Origin: Antedon mediterranea
Lineage: Eukaryota; Animalia; Echinodermata
Direction: 5' to 3'
NCBI RefSeq assembly: GCF_964355755.1
Contig: NC_092677.1
Coordinates: 1,200,101 to 1,264,100, forward strand
DNA length: 64,000 nucleotides
In this document: positions 1 through 11,757 of the stretch, piece by piece
Layout of the letters: each line of letters starts with the position of its first letter
How positions within the stretch are numbered: the stretch's first letter is position 1
Position numbers and translations under genes: made by a program
The notes under the pieces: model-generated
What the model was told of the DNA's origin: nothing
Databases searched by the model: none
What the model saw: only the letters and a program-made list of their open reading frames with translations

Positions 1-2679
1 GCATACACGTGTACCTGTTCATCATGTTTTACTGGAATATTCTGTGAAACTGGTAAGTTCTATGTTTTTTCTGCTTGTCTTTATCAGAATTCAAATATGT
101 ATTTTACAGTCTATAGTTTTCTGAAACTGTAATGTTCTCTTTTGTATAATATTCACTATCAGCGTCTGATGCTTCGACGCAAGTTCTATGTTTGTCTGCT
201 TGTCAGCCCGTGCCGACTGAATCTGTCCTATAATATTCCAGTATAAATGTAACTAGAATGCATTCATTTTTTATTATCAGGAAATGCTTGCACTGGCAAC
301 CTTTGTCAGAATGGAGCTGCTTGTAACACTGTTTCTGGTTCCTGTACAGGATAAACATGTACCTGTCCATTATGTTTTACTGGAACATTCTGTGAGACTC
401 GTAAGTTCTATGTTTCTCTGCTTCCCTTTATCGCAGTTCAAATATAAGTTTAATCATGTACTTTACAGTATAAAATCATATTTGTAACTCGAATAAATGT
501 ATTTATTATCATCAGCGTCAAATGGTTGCTCCAACAACCTTTGTCAGAATGGAGCTGCTTGTAACACTGTTTCTGGTTCCTGTACAGCATACACATGTAC
601 CTGTCCATCATGTTTTACTGGAACATTCTGTGAGATTCGTAAGTTATGTTTGTCTGCTTGCTTTTATCACAGTTCAAATACAAATTTAATCATGTACATT
701 GCAGTATAAAATCATTTTTTGTAACTCGAATACATTTATTTATTATTAACAGCGTTAAATGCTTGCTCCAATAACGCATGTCAGAATGGAGGTACATGTA
801 ACGCCGTTGCTGGTTCCTGTACAGCATACACGTGTACCTGTTCATCATGTTTTACTGGATTATTCTGTGAAACTTGTAAGTTATGTTTGTCTGCTTGCTT
901 TTATCACAGTTCAAATACAAATTTAATCATGTACATTGCAGTATAAAATCATTTTTTTAACTTGAATAAATGTATTTAACAGCGTTAAATGCTTGCTCCA
1001 ACAACGCATGTCAGAATGGAGGTACATGTAACGCCGTTGCTGGTTCCTGTACTTCTTACACGTGTACCTGTCCATCATGTTTTACTGGAACATTCTGTGA
1101 AACTGGTAAGTTCTATGTTTTTTCTGCTTTTCTTTATCAGAATTCAAATATGTATTTTACAGTCTATAGTTTTCTGAAAACTGTAATGTTCTCTTTTGTA
1201 TAATATTCACTATCAGCGTCTGATGCTTAGACGCAAGTTCTATGTTTGTCTGCTTGTCAGCCCGTGCCGACTGAATCTGCCCTATAATATTCCAGTATAA
1301 ATGTAACTAGAATGCATTCATTTTTTATTATCAGGGATAAATGCTTGCTCCAACAACCTTTGTCAGAATGGAGCTGCATGTAACACTGTTTCTGGTTCCT
1401 GTACAGCATACACATGTACCTGTCCATCAAGCTTTACTGGATCGTTCTGTGAAACCGGTAAGGTCTATGTTTGTCTGCTTGTCTTTAGGATGTGGCGCTC
1501 AGGGCATAAAAGTAGTGCAATGAAGTAATAATAATAATTTGATGTCCTTTCTTGTCATTACAATCTGTGAAATTTAGAGGGCCGGCTGAACCCGCCCTAT
1601 AATTGTCCAGTATAAAAGCATTTTGTAATTGCTAAATGCATATGTAGGCCTACAGTATGTTGAATTAATTGCTCATAATAGTTAGGCATACTGATCAAAA
1701 TTATAAGTCAGATCTACTAGAGTAAATAATTAATTAAATAGTTGTAATATTCTATTTTAGTTATATTCAGTACATGTACTGGTGTGTGGTTGAAGGTTCT
1801 GAAACGAGAATGATAATGTAACTACAGTCCTACAACTGGTAGCACCATTATCATAACATGAATACGCATAATTTTGCTGAACAATAACCTTTTGGTCTTT
1901 TTTTATATTTTATGTAGCATTGGCAACAACTTCTCCAACCAGTAAGTCGACTACACATACGTTGTATTTTTATTTTATTTTCCTCTAATAAATATTATAC
2001 AAATAATGAATGAATGTTTATGAGTGTAATGGTACAAATAATGGCATGATGTGAATGATGAAAGGTTATAATATATCAACGAGGCGACAGCCTCAAACAT
2101 TCATTATATGTTTTATATAACATCTAAATAGATTCCTGTCATTTGAATCAAATAAAAATTGATTCACATTGATTAAAACAGTAACATTTGGTTTTTAATA
2201 ATTATATTAAATATTATTATTTATATGGATTTTATAAACCTACTGTTAGTGTACTGAAACGCATAGGTCAGGCCTACTACTACTACAGTAAACAATGGAA
2301 CACAGGAAAGAACTGAAAGTTTATCATGAATACGCATGACTTTGTTGAATAATAATATTTTGTTTATCTTTTTTATATTTTATCTAGCATTGGCAACGAC
2401 TTCTTCAACCAGTAAGTCGAGATTGTACTTTTATTTTCCTCTAGTAAATATAATGCAATATGTTGTAGAGTGCTTTTATTGTTTCTCTCAATAGTATTCG
2501 AACTCGAGCGTATATGTAGTTTAATAAATGGTCGTACAGATAATAACCAAATTAATTCACTTTAGCATTAAATGTATGCAGCTTGAATTGTTTGAATGGA
2601 GGAAAGTGTACTAACAATGACGATGGTGATGAAATGTGCCAATGTCAGAACGGATTCTCGGGAGAAACTTGCCGCACAG
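1..2679 (+). CDS. Partial EGF-repeat gene (5' end outside window): tandem 8-Cys EGF-like exons, two Thr/Ser micro-exons and one canonical EGF exon; possibly partly pseudogenised
   Basis: Phase-1 AG/GT exons at <1-52, 281-400 (in-frame TAA 352-354), 516-638, 753-875, 983-1105, 1335-1457 (123 nt each, e.g. CSNNLCQNGAACNTVSGSCTAYTCTCPSCFTGTFCE), 24-nt micro-exons 1918-1941 and 2388-2411 (ALATTSPT/ALATTSST), and 2566-2679 (CSLNCLNGGKCTNNDDGDEMCQCQNGFSGETC). 3' end not resolved. Confidence 0.75.
1761..1860 (+). pseudogene. Relic fragment of an IgV exon (gene A V1 type)
   Basis: tacatgtactggtg...gaaggttctgaaacgagaatgata..gtaactacagtcctacaactggtagcacc closely matches 6470-6590, with deletions and truncation. 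Confidence 0.7.
1994..2146 (-). mobile_element. Internally deleted copy of the hairpin-containing non-autonomous element at 51688-52008
   Basis: Shares gtaatggtacaaataatggca..gtgaatgatgaaaggttata and ttcctgtcatttga with the 51.7-52.0 kb element. Confidence 0.55.
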
Positions 2680-3433
2680 GTAGGCCCTAACAAATATGAT
2701 TAATGTAGCGAAGAAATCTATGTGTTGTATGTTGCATAGGCTTATTATAGAAACTATTGTTGTGAACAAAAAAAGTTTGTAGACACGAGTAGATAATGTT
2801 TAGTTTACACGGCTCCACAGCTTTTGCAGATCACCCGAATTTGTAATGCGTTATTTTCTAATTTTAGTAATTGTACATTGCAAGTGCTACGAAGGGTTAA
2901 CGAAAAAGTAAACGAAAACTTAGAAGACACTATATCGACTTTCATCAGTGAGAAACAAAACACATAAAAATAGAGAGGTTGTAACCTTACAATTATAAAA
3001 AGCTTATGTATTGTTGGCGTTGGTTTATAAATATGCATATTAATTTACATATTAATATACTAGTTTTAATTTCAATTATTAAATTGTGACCCCCATTTAA
3101 AATTGCCAATGGCCAACCATATAGTGTAGGGAGTAGCAACATAAGTGTAAAATAGTATAATGTAACAACAATTGATAATAATAAGCAACAATTTAGTTTA
3201 GCAAGATTTACCAATCGATTGGTGTTTGGGTATTTTATTTTATTTCAGCTATCAGCAAGTAAGTTTGCCTAAAGGTAACCATCACAAGTTTGAAAATTAC
3301 AACCACGATGAAGAAAACTATGTATAGTATAATGTTTAACTCCGATTGTTAATAGAGGAGACTAAATTGTGTATAAATGGTACTCTGAACTGGAGATGAT
3401 GTATCTGTTTCTAACTTTAAATATGATGCAGGT

Positions 3434-3631
3434 GTTCTCTCCATGGTTAAATGTGTTCTCTTCATGGTTAAACGTGTTGTGTCCGTGGTTAAACGTGTTC
3501 TCTTCATGGTTAAACGTGTTCTCTCCGTGGTTAAACGTGTTCTCTCCATAATTAAACGTCTTCTCTTCATTGTTAAACGTGTTCTCTCCATGGTTAAACG
3601 TGTTCTCTCCATTGTTAAACGTGTTCTCTCC
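3434..3631. repeat. 21-bp minisatellite (catggttaaacgtgttctctc)n, about 9 copies
   Basis: Direct tandem repeats; explains the 7-aa periodic ORFs at 3349-3724. Confidence 0.9.
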
Positions 3632-4844
3632 CAATCCGACCACTCTCTTTATAAAGAATACATTATTTCATCTCAGTCCCCAACCCCATCCAACAGCAAA
3701 CAAAAATCAAACTATTTGTTTTAAATATTTGTCGTGTTTAATCTGAGACACACGCCCGTTGCCACATACGTTGGTAATCCTATTTGCATAACAACACACG
3801 CCATACCAAGCCGTCTCGTACAACTTCGATGACATATTAATTATCTTCTAAACACGTAACGAATTACTAATTCTCCCATCTAAAAGTATCCGTCAACCTA
3901 GTAAGTTAGTCGTACTAAATGACAATTTGTTCCTCAATCTATTGCCACTTATAATAAACATTTCTCACGATAATTTGCATACTCTTGGAAAGAACACCTG
4001 GATCATAATAGGAAATATTAAATGATATAGTGTTTATTGTATAATATAGTGAATCAACAGAGTTTTTATGATTTTTTTTTGTATATGAATTATTATACCA
4101 ATAAAAAATGAATAAATGCCGTTAGAACAAGAAACGCGCTAAGCACATATGAAATGTAATATTTGGGTTGAGGGAAAATTAATATTAAGTTATCGTATTA
4201 TTGGATAAAATTCTAAAGCCGCACTGTAGTCTGTGACAATAATCAAACATAAAAAACGGAACGTTGTATTAAATAAAATAGGTGTAAACAAAATCTTTGA
4301 ACTTGTTATAATGTTATACGCGCTCATTCTCATACTGATTCTGTATTCCAGCAATCGAGTATAGCAAGAAACAAAAATGTGTTGCAGTGGCGTCGTCAAG
4401 GACTGGGGGCCGTCGGGTGCCAACAACCCTCACGTAAATCCAATGTCACTTCTATCATAATTTAGCCTAGACAGTCATTTTATTAGACCTACTAAGGAAA
4501 GATTCAGTCTGATTTCCGCCTCTACTTTTCTACAATGTGCTTGCTTGGGATGTCGTATCTGTTCTAATTCAGAAAGGAGAGAGGGTCCAGTCTTAGCTAA
4601 ACATATTAACAATGAATTTTCGGATTACTACTCAAATTAATCATTTATATTCCCAAATAATTTATCAAATTAAATCATAGCCTAATATCCAGATAAAAAA
4701 AAACACTTTGTTATTTCATTATTTAGCTAATTACCCGCTGCTGCTTTATAATAATAAAATCACTGGATAATTTTTTTTCCACCAATAATGTCAACAAATC
4801 TTGCTAGAAAACTTTTAAAGGGTACCGATTCGAAAAAAAATTAA

Positions 4845-5124
4845 AGGAAAACTTGACCGAGGAACATATTTTAACAACGTATTAGGGATGTACATATGAT
4901 TTCAGAGCCATCGCGAGATTACTAGAAATTTTCGCGGTTTGCCAGACTTTGCTAGAAAATTCATGACGTAAATTTTGCGATGCACCTGTGACGTCACAAC
5001 AATTTACGGAGACGGCTGTACGGCAAGCGTGTGCGGCGATATCCTTAACCTCGCGATGGTTCTGAAATCATATGTACATCCCTAATACGTGTTAAAATAT
5101 GGTCCTCGGCGGTCAAGTTGTCCT
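4845..5124. mobile_element. Non-autonomous DNA transposon (Kolobok-like MITE)
   Basis: About 70-bp imperfect TIRs (aggaaaacttgaccgaggaacatattttaac..gtattagggatgtacatatgatttcaga / its reverse complement ending ggtcaagttgtcct), flanked by TTAA at 4841-4844 and 5125-5128. Confidence 0.75.
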
Positions 5125-5899
5125 TTAAAGAGTTTTAGAAAAGTAAGATTTCTTTCCTTTAAATTGTTATCAACCATACAATTGATCTTGTTTGAAAGTA
5201 TCTTTTTACTCCATATTGAAGCCCATTTTAATTAAATAATTGTGTATATTATATTTCGACATAACGACATCAACAATACTAGGTAATATTGAGGTTTATA
5301 TTTGCCACGACCGAAATACGTCATGTTAATTCATTCATTGTGAAAACACTTCCTGATTTTAACTGCATGCGATCAACAGTTACGTTTTGTGTGTTGTTTT
5401 AAGTCGAGTCGATGAATATTAATAATGTTTATTGTATTAGTCCGTTGAGTAAACGCGACGACCCAGATAGACAAAATACTTTGTTGGACTTCTCAGAGTG
5501 ATTTGTTTTCTTGGGCTTATCCAGTGCAGGTTTAACCACAGTAAATTTACAGCGACCAACTCATGCAGTAAGGTAATTGACGGTTTCTATAATAAAGACC
5601 GATTATATAGGCTAGGTTTACCAAGGAAATAACTCTTCTCTGGTTTACCATTTTCGCAAATTATATTACAACTTAATCGTATTTGTATGTTTCAAATTGA
5701 TACACAGCGACGAAAGATCAAAGACTTATAAGACCTATTCATGTTGAGGCTTAGTTATTATATCCGGGCGCATTATGCTGCATTCAGTTATCGAACGTTG
5801 GTGATAGGTAACTAACTTAAACCTGGATCTATAAAAACACATTATAATTAGTTTGGTGAGAAAACACACTTACGAATATTATGTTGGGTTTTATTGTTA

Positions 5900-6044
5900 A
5901 GCTCTGTTTACACTATCAAACTTTATATGTCAAAAAAATGTGATATGCCCATATGAACATGATGATGTCATATCACTACCATATTTGTTGGGCATATCAC
6001 CATCATATTTGTCAAACTAGTTTGATAGTGTTTTAGACAGAGCT
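5900..6044. mobile_element. Short MITE (PIF/Harbinger-like)
   Basis: TIRs agctctgtttacactatcaaact / agtttgatagtgttttagacagagct with TTA on both sides (5897-5899, 6045-6047). Confidence 0.65.
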
Positions 6045-6207
6045 TTAGATAACATGATAAAACCAGTGTATGTCACAGGTACAAAGTAATTTATGTTGTA
6101 TGTTGCCGTTTAGGCGTGGGGAGTATAATACGTGTTCATTATTCATTTGTTTTTTATTCTAATTTATAGGGTGTGTATTTTCAATAGCCTGCCTACAGTA
6201 TAACAGT

Positions 6208-9200
6208 ATGTTTACAAAAATAAATGTGTGTTTCATCCTTATTAACGGTACGTTTATTGATGGAGCTACAATGTAAACTTGTTCAATGGTTTAAGTAGAA
6301 TAACATTTCGAAATACAGGTATATATTTCTTGATTGACAATAGTGGGTTGATTAGTAATAGTTACTGATTTTCATAACTAGACGTAAAGTAAGAGCTTAT
6401 TAAAATGTGCACAATAAATTATTTAAATAATTAAAAATTGATTAATAATTTTCTCCTAGTTTTATTTAGCACATGTACTGGTGTTACTGTAACTATTGAC
6501 AGCTTGGGAGATGTGATTGAAGGATCTGAAACGAAAATGATATGTAACTACAGTCCTACAACTGGTAGCACTGTTATCATATCATGGCGAAATGTCACAG
6601 GAGGGGCATCTGAATCTATAGCAACAACTATTGGGGGTGGAACTAAAACAGTGCAGCCTGCCTACAGTTCTATTTTTAGTCTCGATCCAAATGATGATAG
6701 ACTTCTTGTGATTGCTAACACGTTACGTAGTTACAGAGGTGATTATGAATGTGAGGTTAATAATCTTGATAATCCTCCAATTGACACGGATGTAGTTACT
6801 CTGAATGTTATATGTAAGTTCATTTTATTGTGCAGGAACTATAATTATCTATCTTGTGAAATTCAGAAAATTATAAATAGGCATATTAACTGTATTTTGA
6901 TTACTTTTATTGTTTCTTAAAATATATAAAATATAAGCTTCTAATTAAAAGTGAAATGATTAGGCCTAATAGTTTACTTTTTTGTGGTTTAGTTTACGAT
7001 TGTGGCTATTAATCCCCTATTAATACGTAATGACTTATGTTGTTAATTACTTGATATTTTTAGCATATTTAGTTACTTAGTACAACACTAGATATCATCT
7101 TTAATCAAATGTATGGGGTAGAACCGTTATGTCATCATTTGAGTATCTCATTCTTGACTTACAGATATAGAGGACCCAGTATTAAGTTTTACTACACCTA
7201 TGAATGAGGGTGATCCAGTAGCATTGTCATGTGATGTTGTTTCTAAACCAAATTCTCAGTTAACATTTAAGAAAGATGGATCCATTTTACAGCAAGGAGG
7301 CTCGTCTACTTACACCTTCACTGCGGATCGGAACGATCAAGGGAGTTATACATGTGAGGCAAGTAACAGTGCTGGTACTAAAGCTACTGCTGGTCAGGTT
7401 CTATATGTGTATTGTAAGTGCCTCTATATCATTCACATTTAACTAAAATCCTAAAGAACCATTTCTGCATTAAACTTTGTTTAAATTCTAATTTAACTGT
7501 AATCTATAGATTCTAATTCAACTGTAATCTATATATTATAATATAACTGTAATCTGGATTCTAATTTAACTGTAATCTATATATTATAATATAACTGTAA
7601 TCTGGATTCTAATTTAACTGTAATCTATATATAATATAACTGTAATCTGTATTCTAATTTAACTGTAATCTATATATTATAATATAACTGTAATCTGGAT
7701 TCTAATTTAACTGTAATCTATATATTATAATATAACTGTAATCTGGATTCTAATTTAACTGTAATCTATATATTATAATATAACTGTAATCTGGATTCTA
7801 ATTTAACTGTTATCTATATATTATAATATGACTGTAATCTGGATTCTAATTTAACTGTAATCTATATATTATAATATAACTGTAATCTGGATTCTAATTT
7901 AACTGTAATCTATATATTATAATATAACTGTAATCTGGATTCTAATTTAACTGTAATCTATATATTATAATATAACTGTAATCTGGATTCTAATTTAACT
8001 GTAATCTATATATTATAATCTGTAATCTATAGATTGTAATTTAAATGTAATCTAGATTCCAATGTAACTGTTAATTGTATTAGTTTTGAATGTGTACTGT
8101 ATTATCAAACTATAAAGATATAATGTGTGATGGAGGTGTGCTTGGGGTAAAAACAGCAATTTACCAAAAATAATAATTAAAGATTTTTTTTTCTAAAAAC
8201 ACAAACTCGAAAAATTATTCGGCATAAATATTTTTTAAAGATTTTTTTTTATAAATAAATATGCATTTCCAACAATAATTATTTAACGTTTAAATTAGTC
8301 GCTCCTGAAATTACACCACTAGAAGACATTGAAGTTTCCCGAGGAGAAACTGTTGTGATAAGCTTTGTCGTAGAGGCCAGACCAACTGCTAACTATGAAT
8401 GGTTATCACAAGGAGCAACTGACATTGATAACGACCCAGAAACATTCACATTTGTTGCTTCAAACACCATTGGTGATGTGTATACTGTGACGTTGAATGC
8501 AAGTAATGAGGTGGCAGCAAGACAGTGTTCAGTACAAGTCACTGTTGTAGGTAAGATAAGGTATAACTGGTCTCTCAACAATGTATTCATATACAAAAGT
8601 AATGTTTAAATATTCAAATCAAATCTATATTTATTTTCATACAACAACGACTTTAATAATTATGATATAAGATTTTGTAATAAAACTTCATATTCCTCAA
8701 TAAAAGTACCTTATTTCAACCATGGAGGAAATTCGTTCACTTTTAACGTAACATTAGATTTACTAGACCTAAGAAATGGAACTCACTTCCTAAAAACATC
8801 ACAGATTTATCTACCAAACGCATTTCTATTTTAAAAAGATTGTCTATTTAAACTATAATGTTGGAAACGAATGACAATAAAGAACAGATTTTATTAATTT
8901 TTTTAGATTTAGTTTAGGCCTATTTTGTAGTGACGTTTGTGATGCACTTTTAGAAAACTGTGCTTCATTCACTATTTAGCAACTTTAATTTCGATATGAG
9001 ATATGTTTAAAAAAAAATACAAATACTTGGGGAGGTATTAATAGCGATGTTAAATGTAGGTTATCCGTTAAAAGTGATAGTTTTGTTACGTTGCCTGTTT
9101 CTATAATCAAGTATCTTTTTTTTTTTCAGAAAAGAATACACAAACTGTAAAAGTAGAACCTGATACAATTAAAGTTGGTGAAAACGCAACGTTGACGTGT

Positions 9201-11757
9201 AACTATACAGTTGATTTAGGAGATTTATTGCATCAACTTGACTGGTATAGAGCCGATGCTGACGGCAATCAAGTAGGCAATGTTCTAGTGTCTAAAACAA
9301 GAAAAACGGTAAATGGTCGTTATATATTGTCTACCGATAATGATCTTATAATAACCAATGTTGAAGTAAATGATGACGGTAACTATCTGTGCAGAATTGA
9401 AACAGTTCTTGGACTATATGCTAGTAACAACAATACACTTACAGTACCATGTAAGTACTTAAAAATTCGTCAGCTACTAAAAACTCCATATCCGCCAATT
9501 ATTTAGGCCCATATTCATGGATTGCCAAGTGAGACAGTCAATGCGTGTCACAGTACAAACACAAGATGCTCTTATCTGTTGTACAATGTATTAAAAAGTA
9601 GAGTTTAAAATGTTGTGAGCAAAATCTTGACATCTGACAGGATATAAACACAGATTTGTGTATGCACAATTGACTATTGTATACTACTGGGTACTACTGG
9701 GTACTACTTGGGTGCTTAGCGTCAAATAATGTACGCTAATTAGACGAATAGTTTAAACCCAAAAACCATATATTTTTAGACGAATAAGCCGAATTCTATT
9801 GACTGTACTAAAATTGTGGTATAAATTTCATTTTGAATTACAGACCTAGAAGAACCTGTTCTAAATCCAACCGATATATTCGTCAAGAAAACAAAAACGG
9901 CAACTTTCACATGTAATTTGCCGTCTGGTATTCCAACACCAATTAACATGACGTGGTTAAAATATTGCGACATATTAGATGTGTCTGATACAGATAAATA
10001 TCCGCAATCTAGTACGACATTAATAATTAGTAATGTAAATGAAATAGATGAAGGAATGTATAAGTGTAGAGCTGAGAATGCTGCATACAGCGGAACGGAA
10101 GGACAACTTAGCAATACAGGTAAACTCTGTAAATTAGTACAAAATGAAATTTATCTATTAGTAATAATAGAACGAGACAATAAGCGAAGGAAATATGAAA
10201 GCGAGATAACTTGATTGGTGTTTAGTGGTGTTAGAATTGAGCTAATTTTGAGCTTTCGAATTGCGAAGACCGAGCCCTGTAATAGGACCAACAAAATAGA
10301 CATGCCAATGTTAATTCCTTGTGCGCGGTGCTACACAAGTTTTTGTTTCTAGATCAAATTAGCCAAATCAATGCGTAGATCGTATTTCTATTTGTAAATT
10401 TATATTTTAAGTTAAGGGTGCTACAGATCAAAAACCTTTGCTTGTTTGTGGTTATCCTGTTTTTCACACTTTTATTTTTACCTCGTTTAATATTATTATA
10501 TAGTTATGAAATTTTGTGTGAAAAACAAAGAATACTCAGACTGATCTGATGTAATGAAAACCACTGAATTTTCTTTCTTAGTTTTAAGCAGAGAAGATGA
10601 ACATAAGCACTCAACTGGACTTGTTGTTGGAATGACGTTTGTCGGTGTGTTTATTGGCTGTATGTTAAGTCTGCTTACATTCTTCGTTATCAAAAAACTA
10701 TGACCGGCAAAGGTACAAACAAGTTGAGATTAATTTATTTTACACTTTTTAATGTCTAACCATCACATTTATTTTATAGTAATTATGTGTGAGTCGCATT
10801 TTATAACAGTGTTCATTTGTTTGTTTAAGGTATCTTCAACAAGTGACAACCAATCTGGGGTAAGGAAAGAGCAAGTGATTGTTTCCCTAATTTTTAAAAT
10901 CACGCTTTAATATCTCATGTTTACCGTGAAATACATCATATTTTAATCTTTCTCTTTACATGAAATTACTATAACAACAATAGGAAACAATTACAAACTT
11001 CATTGATATGTAATGATTGGATATCATTTGTAATTTAATTTACCTTTTATTTTGCTGGTACAACAATTCGCAATGCGTGATGTATTTGTAATCGTAATCC
11101 ATAATGGTATATGCAAATATTCCATGTAAGTCAGGATGTGAATTGGTAGTTTGAATAAATAAATAACATGTCGTCGTCTGCGCATGCCTAGTAGCATTAT
11201 ATATATTGTTTGAAGGTTTTTTTCTCACTCCTGAGGACGATCAAAGCATATTGATCGAAACGTGGAAAAACTCAACAGTTCTTTTCAGAACTAATATACG
11301 TGGTGTACCGCAACATTTATATCAACATTATATATAATAGTAATGCTATTTTAAATATCAATTAAAAGATCGTATAAAATAAAAATAGGAAGCCCACGAA
11401 AGAGAAAACAAAGGCATTATCGTTAGAATCGATGTCAGCTTTCAATCACACTCATTATTAGACCACGCAGCACTACCATTAATAAAAAAAGACCTTATAA
11501 AATATTTTTAACGTCATAATCGACACCTTATCGTCATCGATGCAATAAACAATATAGACCTAATGTGAAAACTGTTTAACAATCAGCGCAAAACAATCAA
11601 TATTGTTTTCTTCCTCAAATTGTTATAATACATGATGTTTTTTTTATCGTAGGAATACACAACTTATGTTGGTGAGATGAATCAAAGTACCAGTCACACG
11701 TACGAAGAATTGCAGAAAAAGGATACAAATCAAGTATACGAGAATGTAAAAACTTAG
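6208..11757 (+). CDS. Gene A: five-Ig-domain type-I membrane receptor (SP-V-C2-I-like-V-C2-TM); cytoplasmic tail separated by an in-frame TGA
   Basis: Exons 6208-6247 (MFTKINVCFILIN + VLFSTCTG signal peptide), 6460-6813 (V, YRGDYEC), 7165-7413 (C2, DQGSYTC), 8299-8550 (Ig-like without canonical Cys), 9130-9450 (V, DDGNYLC), 9844-10119 (C2; alternative donor 10128), 10582-10712 (TM GLVVGMTFVGVFIGCMLSLLTFFVI, TGA 10701-10703), 10830-10859, 11653-11757 (EYTTYVGEMNQSTSHTYEELQKKDTNQVYENVKT*). All splice phases are compatible. Confidence 0.85.
7480..8070. repeat. 48-bp intronic minisatellite (ctggattctaatttaactgtaatctatatattataatataactgtaat)n
   Basis: About 11 direct copies, each built from two related subunits sharing aactgtaatct. 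Confidence 0.9.
11215..11335 (+). mobile_element. Probable Penelope-like element end fragment with a degenerate hammerhead-ribozyme-like core
   Basis: ctgagga-c-gatcaa(agcata)ttgatc-gaaacgt at 11231-11263 fits the CUGANGA-stemII-GAAA pattern found in Penelope pseudo-LTRs. Confidence 0.45.

Noticed and set aside
3249-3327. Possible terminal exon of the EGF gene (AISK* in phase 1, or YQQV..EENYV* in another frame)
   Set aside because: Acceptor is plausible, but the Tyr-containing frame is not phase-compatible with exon 2566-2679 and no TM exon precedes it; cannot be supported.
3349-3724. Four overlapping 7-aa periodic ORFs
   Set aside because: Artefact of a stop-free 21-bp tandem repeat.
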